Of a stretch of 64,000 nt of DNA, positions 58,561-64,000 are shown one piece after another. Made by a program: the position numbers and the translations under genes. The number at the start of each line of letters is the position of its first letter. The stretch's first letter is position 1. A model generated the notes under the pieces. The model was not told the origin of the DNA, searched no databases, and worked only from the letters and a program-made list of their open reading frames with translations. The DNA is from Candidatus Roizmanbacteria bacterium (GTDB lineage: Bacteria; Patescibacteriota; Microgenomatia; UBA1406). Where the stretch lies: contig JANLHL010000007.1 in NCBI GenBank assembly GCA_024654535.1, positions 66,395 to 130,394 on the forward strand, in the 5' to 3' direction.

Positions 58561-59105
58561 ATGAATTTATTCTCAATAATTTCTACCAGTTTTGGAAACT
58601 GTGCATATCCATCTCTGACCATAAAATGTCCAGCATTTTCGACTGCGACAAAGGTTGCATTTATCTTACCGGCTAGTTTTTTTGCTCTTTCAAAATCAAT
58701 CCATGGATCGGTGGTAGAATTCACTATGACAGTGGGAGTATTTTTCTTTTTAATGGCTTCGTAATCAAATCCGCTCTCAAAAAACGTTTCATGAAATTCT
58801 TTAACATCTTGGAAGAGCCAATCCCAGACCGCAACCATAACTGCACCCTTTATGCACGTCTGAGGTCTCTCTAAGTATTTCATAATAAGAGCATTCGCAA
58901 GTGAGTGTCCGACAAGAATAGTATTTTTATCTGGAGAAAAAGATTCAAGCGTTTCCATCCATTCTCCAAGCTTTGGATTTTTCGTATGCGGCATCTGGGG
59001 AATTTCAACAGCATACCCTTTTTCACGTAATTGTTCTCCCAACCAGGGAAGCCATTGTCCCTGCGGCGTCTCTTCCCATCCGTGAATAATAATTACTTTT
59101 TTCAT
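58557..59105 (-). CDS. alpha/beta hydrolase, RBBP9/YdeN-like
   Basis: VIIIHGW... and LVGHSLA nucleophile elbow. About 180 aa in size. Confidence 0.65.
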   Translation of the reverse strand: MKKVIIIHGWEETPQGQWLPWLGEQLREKGYAVEIPQMPHTKNPKLGEWMETLESFSPDKNTILVGHSLANALIMKYLERPQTCIKGAVMVAVWDWLFQDVKEFHETFFESGFDYEAIKKKNTPTVIVNSTTDPWIDFERAKKLAGKINATFVAVENAGHFMVRDGYAQFPKLVEIIENKFI

Positions 59106-59181
59106 AGCTTTGTTTCTCTATTCTACTAAAACATGAGGCATGTTTACAAATATAAACTTTTGAAAAAATAAACCGATCTCT

Positions 59182-59562
59182 TTACAGCTCTTGAAATAGT
59201 GCGAATTTATACCCGTTAGTGTCTTCGAATAACAATTCCTCACATCCCCAATTGTTTTTGAAAACCGGAGCTTTAATAACACCGCCACGTTCTTCTATGA
59301 GTCTTTGTGCATTACGAATATCGGTAGTTTCTATGTAGAAGATAATGCCTTGTCCGTAATTATTCGTTTCGGTTATATATTTGTATGCTTCAAAAGGTTC
59401 GGTAGAACTTAATACAAAATGCAAATCAAACGATCCAAACACCACAACAACTTTATCATTTTCATGCTGTTTTATTTCTAATCCCAGACCCTTAAAGAAA
59501 TCGTACGTCTTTTCAATATCACTCGTGTAGAGAACATTGAAAGTTGACTGGCTCTTGAACAT
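59182..59562 (-). CDS. VOC (glyoxalase) family protein
   Basis: ...FEDTNGYKFALFQ C-terminus. Start at ATG 59562, 7 nt after TATACT (59570-59575). Confidence 0.65.
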   Translation of the reverse strand: MFKSQSTFNVLYTSDIEKTYDFFKGLGLEIKQHENDKVVVVFGSFDLHFVLSSTEPFEAYKYITETNNYGQGIIFYIETTDIRNAQRLIEERGGVIKAPVFKNNWGCEELLFEDTNGYKFALFQEL

Positions 59563-59622
59563 GTCCACAAGTATACAATAGATTAAAATATACAATGTTA
59601 GGGATTATCTCTACAAATTTGC

Positions 59623-60699
59623 CTACTTCGTGTTTCCAATGATCATTCTTAATTTTGGGATACGAGAAATAGTGTAGGTAATCAACACAGCACCAAAAAA
59701 TGAAAGAGCAAACAAACCCCCGTTTACAAGATAAATATTAGCATGGACAGTATCGACACCCCAACCCAATACGTCTGCTACGGTTAGGCTGATAAATTCA
59801 TGAGTAAGATAAACACCATAAGAAAGTGCTGCTAAAAACTGAATACTCGAGTGCAGTATTCGTGGAATTTTCTGTACATCGAAAAATATATGAAACATAC
59901 CAATTGACATAAAAAGTGGCGCAATGGCTAAATATTCAGTGAAGTAATTTACCGATAACGGAAGGTTACCATTCTTTTGACTCAAAATAGAAAAATAATT
60001 TCCAATAATTTCAATAATTAGCCCTACTAAAAAAACCAAAAAATAAAAACTTTTTGGTTTGCGTATGTCCCAATTTTTTCTCACCAAAGCACCATACAAA
60101 TAGCAAAAGACAAAACTGATCCACGTTGTGAAAGTATTGAAAAAGAGCAGAGATTGAGTTGCTGTTTTAAGCACGACAGAAAGACACGTGAATAGAAAAA
60201 AGAAGAATACGAGGTAACGAGCTTCTGTTTTCTTTGATGTGTCCCCAAAAATGCCTTGCCAAAGAGGATTTAATAAATAAAGAAAGAGCAATACTTCGAG
60301 AAACCACAACCAATTATTGGGAAATAACAGAATGTCTTTAAACAAATATTCAGGACTCATCAACAAAGAGATATTTTGTTGTGTTTTGAGAATATAAAAC
60401 AGTGAAGCAAGGATAGAAAAAGCGATAAGCGGAATGCCAATGCGTTGAAAGGTGACTTTTAAGTTTTCGCGCACTGTTCTATTTTTAGAAACTACCAAAA
60501 ATCCACTTATCATAAAAAAAAGGGCAAGACTTGAACGAGATACAACAGCAAATGGTTCAAAAACAAACCAAGCCTTTGTTAAAAAGAAGTCGGTACGGAC
60601 AGTAAAACTGTAGATTGTATGAAGAAAAACAACACCCAACATGGCAATAACTCTGAGAATATCTATGCCTATATACCTCTGTATCTGTTTATTCTCCAC
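59623..60699 (-). CDS. membrane acyltransferase family 3 (OafA-like O-acyltransferase)
   Basis: GIDILRVIAMLGVVFLHT and 10 TM helices. GTG start 6 nt after TATACT (60706-60711). Confidence 0.8.
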   Translation of the reverse strand: MENKQIQRYIGIDILRVIAMLGVVFLHTIYSFTVRTDFFLTKAWFVFEPFAVVSRSSLALFFMISGFLVVSKNRTVRENLKVTFQRIGIPLIAFSILASLFYILKTQQNISLLMSPEYLFKDILLFPNNWLWFLEVLLFLYLLNPLWQGIFGDTSKKTEARYLVFFFFLFTCLSVVLKTATQSLLFFNTFTTWISFVFCYLYGALVRKNWDIRKPKSFYFLVFLVGLIIEIIGNYFSILSQKNGNLPLSVNYFTEYLAIAPLFMSIGMFHIFFDVQKIPRILHSSIQFLAALSYGVYLTHEFISLTVADVLGWGVDTVHANIYLVNGGLFALSFFGAVLITYTISRIPKLRMIIGNTK

Positions 60700-60756
60700 C
60701 TAGAAAGTATATACCATAGATGCATTCACTTAAATCGTTGTTCTGTGGTCAAATCT

Positions 60757-61284
60757 TTAACTTTTGCCTCTTATGTTCTCAGCCATTGTTTTTTTGCCAA
60801 TAAAGGCAACAACGTCACTTTCTGTTCTACTGAGCTTTAGCAAGTCAAGATCGGGTCGATCAAATATTTGTACCCCCTCAATGACTTTCCCAAATAGTAA
60901 GGATTGTTTTAGTTCTCTATATTTATCTGGTTCCATATAGAAGTCAATGTCGCCAACGAGCTCATTATTGGAATCTGGTTTACGAATGTAGAGATAGGTG
61001 TATATTGTTTCCGGTATATCAACTTGAGCAGGAATAGTAATCTGTTCACGAAGACGAAAGTATTTTTGGTTCCAATTATCGTTGGAATCCGTCAGTTTTT
61101 TTCTCATTCCAGTTAACAATTCAAATTCGGGCACATAATGACAAAAGAATCCTATATTACCTGCAACTGGTAGCGTGTACCCTAAATTTTCCTTACACAA
61201 CCTATGCGATTCGAGGTGAATATATTCTATCGCCTTAAAAAGCTGGTCTTTATTTTTTATCGGACTAAATCGAAAGCGTTTCAT
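60757..61284 (-). CDS. hypothetical protein, 175 aa
   Basis: Uninterrupted ORF. Start at ATG 61284, 6 nt after TATACT (61291-61296). ORF-track start 61299 is TTG. Confidence 0.55.
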   Translation of the reverse strand: MKRFRFSPIKNKDQLFKAIEYIHLESHRLCKENLGYTLPVAGNIGFFCHYVPEFELLTGMRKKLTDSNDNWNQKYFRLREQITIPAQVDIPETIYTYLYIRKPDSNNELVGDIDFYMEPDKYRELKQSLLFGKVIEGVQIFDRPDLDLLKLSRTESDVVAFIGKKTMAENIRGKS

Positions 61285-61332
61285 AAGTACAGTATACAAA
61301 AAGGGCTAATTAGACTTGTGACATTACGAAAG

Positions 61333-61905
61333 CTAAACCCTGAGCGAGCCACGGAAACCGCGGGATGCATAATATGAGTCTGCACCGTTATGGTAGGTGA
61401 ATACGGCATCGTATCGACGATCGCAGAAAAGAGCGCCACCACGCTTTCTTATTTCTACAGGAGTTTGTATCCAACTCGATGTTTTTGTATCGAAACTGCC
61501 AAGTTCTTGCAATTGTCGATATTGTTCTTCTGACAAAAGTTCAATACCCATGGTAGCTGCCATATCGAGTGCAGTATTTTTTGGTTTGAAAGTTTTTCTT
61601 AACTCTAATGCTTTACGATCGTAACAAAGACTTCTTCTTCCACTCGGGCTTTCTGCAGAACAATCGAAAAAAATGTACTCACCGGTTTTTGCATTAAATC
61701 CAACAATATCTGGCTCGCCACCCGTTCTTTCCATTTCAAAAAGCGACCACAGTTTTTCAACGTTAACCTCTAGTTTCATTTGTATTTTGCCCCACTCAAG
61801 GTCTCTGTGACGATTCATATTTTTATCGAAGCGCATTTTCAATACGATGAGCGTATCTTTGTGCTGTTCTTCTAACAGCTCTTTTCTTATTTCAGTAATT
61901 GGCAT
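61333..61905 (-). CDS. DUF4256 family protein
   Basis: From memory, the family signature is present: FDKNMNRH...LWSLFEMERTGGEPDIVG...DCSAESPSGRRSLCYD...YHNGADSYYASRGFRGSLRV. TGaTATAAT lies 6 nt upstream of the ATG. Confidence 0.7.
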   Translation of the reverse strand: MPITEIRKELLEEQHKDTLIVLKMRFDKNMNRHRDLEWGKIQMKLEVNVEKLWSLFEMERTGGEPDIVGFNAKTGEYIFFDCSAESPSGRRSLCYDRKALELRKTFKPKNTALDMAATMGIELLSEEQYRQLQELGSFDTKTSSWIQTPVEIRKRGGALFCDRRYDAVFTYHNGADSYYASRGFRGSLRV

Positions 61906-61994
61906 GGGACAATTATATCAAAGGCCATATGTGTTAGAGAAATACGCCTTTAGGTCAGTGTGAATATCTGGTGAGTGTATAATACATACAATTT

Positions 61995-63170
61995 ATGAGC
62001 ATAAAACAAGAGGGTATGGAGAGTTTCTCTGTAGAAACTATACAGAACCAAACAGGTAACAATTTTGAAGTTTTATCTCCTCATGATTATTTTATTACTT
62101 TACAAGAAAGAATCCCTAAAGCTGAAAGGAGAGTATGGCTAAAAACTATGAATTTCGAAGCCGATCATATTTTCGGCTCACTTTCTCACTTGATGAAAAA
62201 GGCTGCTGCAAGAGGCGTTGATACTCGATTCTCATGTGACTGGTTTACACTAATGGTAACTGACGGTCAATTAGATAACTTTAGAAGTTTGAATAAAGAA
62301 AGAAATAAATTCAGAAAATTCAGGCAGAGAAATAAAAGGGAAGCGTTAATAGATCTTGAGAATGGAGGTGTTGAGGTAGTCATTACGAACCCAACAATGA
62401 ACAAGCTTAGGGAACTCAATCCTGGAAGTGGAAGGAACCATATAAAGATTGGAATAATTGATGATACAGCATATTTAGGAGGTATTAATCTTTCGGATAA
62501 AGATTTTAATAGAGAAGATTTTATGCTGCAAATTGAAGAGCCAAGTGTCGTTCAAGCATTGGCCGATCTGCATACTGATACTCCTACTATCGATACAAAG
62601 ATAGACTGCACTAGCAATACGTCATTGTTAATAGACAGTGGAACTAAAGAAAAGTCAATAATCTTAGATACGGCATGCCAAGCTATTTCCGATTCAGAAA
62701 TGTCTATCACAATTACAAGTCAGTTTGCTCTAGATAGACCTCTTATTGAGTGTCTTGACGAGGCAGTGCATAAAGGCAGGCAGGTTGTTGTTATAGTATC
62801 CGATCCCTCAAAAATTACTGAAACTATTCCTTGGTTTTTTGACAGAGCAAACTACTGGATGGAAAGAGGGGTTCAATTAAGAATTCCCACGTTCGAATAT
62901 CCTAACTGGATACATTTTAAAGTAGCCTTAATAGATGCTCATACCCCTCATCAAATTTTAATTGCCGGGACTCACAATTTCTCAGGAAAGGGAGTTGGCT
63001 GGGGAAACGAAGAAGCAGCTATCATGACAACAGATGATCATCTCATAACTGCGTTTGATTTAAAACTATCAGATTTATTATCTAGATCAAGGGCACGTTC
63101 AAGCCCATCTGTATTGAGACAAATACAACAGGATATTGGCGCATTTCAAAGTCGAAGTATATCTTTATAG
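61995..63170 (+). CDS. phospholipase D superfamily protein with two HKD motifs, no TM helix
   Basis: HIKIGIIDDTAYLGGINLS and HFKVALIDAH...IAGTHNFS. An alternative start is ATG 62016, which is preceded by AGAGGG. Confidence 0.75.
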   Translation: MSIKQEGMESFSVETIQNQTGNNFEVLSPHDYFITLQERIPKAERRVWLKTMNFEADHIFGSLSHLMKKAAARGVDTRFSCDWFTLMVTDGQLDNFRSLNKERNKFRKFRQRNKREALIDLENGGVEVVITNPTMNKLRELNPGSGRNHIKIGIIDDTAYLGGINLSDKDFNREDFMLQIEEPSVVQALADLHTDTPTIDTKIDCTSNTSLLIDSGTKEKSIILDTACQAISDSEMSITITSQFALDRPLIECLDEAVHKGRQVVVIVSDPSKITETIPWFFDRANYWMERGVQLRIPTFEYPNWIHFKVALIDAHTPHQILIAGTHNFSGKGVGWGNEEAAIMTTDDHLITAFDLKLSDLLSRSRARSSPSVLRQIQQDIGAFQSRSISL

Positions 63171-63190
63171 TCAAAACTTGCAGAATTGTT

Positions 63191-63907
63191 TCATTTTTTA
63201 TCTATATAAACATAGTGGCATAGTTGTTTTTCTCTATGCCTAACTACACCATCAAAAGGAACATACCCTAAGTTTTGAATCTGCTGTTCTACCTGAGCAG
63301 CGCTTGTCCCAAATTGAGGTAAAAACTGTTCATGAATTTCAATAAATAAATGTTGCGGTCTCTGATTTGACCTTAATAAACCCTCCATGCCTTTAAGAAC
63401 TAAGCCCTCTGCTCCTTCTACGTCAATTTTTATGACATGAGGTGGTTTAATTTTTCCTTCCTCAATTAGTTTGTCTAGTGGCATAACATCTACATCAGTG
63501 CTATTTGTTAAAGCCCTTACCGTTCTTCTTAGACTAGGTGCATATGTTCCATTATTATCAAAATTAAGCTTCATTGTTCCACATGTTTCTCCAAGCGCTA
63601 TCCTAATAACACGAATACTGTCTACAACATCGGGATTTAAAACAATATTGTCTTTAATAGATTGGTTGCTTAGTGGATCAGGATCTATCGAATAGACTTG
63701 TGCACCAGCTTTTGCGACAAGAATCGAATAGAGACCTTGTGCCGAACCAATATCTAAAAATATATTTCCGGGGTTAATACAATCAATTAGTTCTTTAGCA
63801 AAACCATCCTCGAAACCATCTCTAACAATTCTATAAAAATCTGATGGATTCCTTACCCAGAAATTTGCACTTATTCCACTTACTTCTCGTATGAACGGGT
63901 CAGACAT
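63191..63907 (-). CDS. FkbM-family methyltransferase
   Basis: FLDIGSAQGLYS motif I and a C-terminal IKIDVEGAEG. The frame stays open upstream to the window edge (64000), so the true start may lie outside the window. Confidence 0.7.
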   Translation of the reverse strand: MSDPFIREVSGISANFWVRNPSDFYRIVRDGFEDGFAKELIDCINPGNIFLDIGSAQGLYSILVAKAGAQVYSIDPDPLSNQSIKDNIVLNPDVVDSIRVIRIALGETCGTMKLNFDNNGTYAPSLRRTVRALTNSTDVDVMPLDKLIEEGKIKPPHVIKIDVEGAEGLVLKGMEGLLRSNQRPQHLFIEIHEQFLPQFGTSAAQVEQQIQNLGYVPFDGVVRHREKQLCHYVYIDKK

Positions 63908-64000
63908 TGGAAAAGACTCATGTAATAAGTGTCTTCTTAATTGGGTCTTTATTCCCTCTGGCAGAAACGAGTCTACCGCACGAGTAATTTTCGGAAAACG

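Overview
Gene-dense 64-kb bacterial chromosomal segment with about 70 CDS, one tRNA-Ala/23S rRNA unit and one tRNA-Gln. I found no transposase, integrase, phage gene or CRISPR array. All family calls come from motifs read in the translated ORFs; no database search was possible.

Gene content suggests a reduced-genome, Gram-positive-type organism, possibly Candidate Phyla Radiation/Patescibacteria. This is an inference from an IPETG sortase signal, a short YidC, an archaeal-type ProRS, a 23S gene without adjacent 16S or 5S, a GAAC-N4-GTTC LexA box and many orphan proteins.

Layout, left to right:
- 0.1-2.4 kb: sortase-substrate protein, Wzx-like flippase, RNase HI.
- 2.5-8.5 kb: a 506-aa polytopic membrane protein converging on an operon of a 68-aa CxxC membrane protein plus a 1397-aa orphan tail-anchored protein.
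- 8.9-9.7 kb: yidC, flanked by two unusually long noncoding regions.
- 10.1-14.9 kb: GT4 glycosyltransferase followed by orphan genes.
- 14.9-18.3 kb: consensus promoter, tRNA-Ala, 23S.
- 18.4-21.8 kb: miaB-like, SpoU methyltransferase and membrane-TPR genes.
- 21.9-27.4 kb: OmpR/HK two-component system with a MacAB-like ABC efflux module.
- 27.4-33.6 kb: mscL, tRNA-Gln, radical SAM, GlmU-like, enolase and a histidine phosphatase.
- 33.7-39.2 kb: five-gene surface-glycan plus L,D-transpeptidase operon.
- 39.3-43.2 kb: lexA-dinB-maf-proS.
- 43.2-64 kb: accessory-looking run of small-molecule, resistance and envelope-stress genes (MFS, APH, two EamA, two VOC, Trx-CcdA fusion, cupin, ECF sigma, SGNH, aminotransferase/dehydrogenase/hydrolase, acyltransferase, DUF4256, PLD, FkbM).

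Main observations:
1. A -10 hexamer (often TATACT) lies 5-8 nt upstream of the start codon at about 28 promoter-proximal genes. This implies widespread leaderless mRNAs.
2. The orphan giant-protein locus at 2.5-8.5 kb.
3. A second copy of the lexA operator 16-mer lies inside a glycosyltransferase gene.
4. A 440-bp noncoding region contains a nested hairpin.
5. Short-repeat arrays sit in promoter-upstream regions.
6. A perfect 10-bp hairpin covers the SD of the ECF sigma gene.
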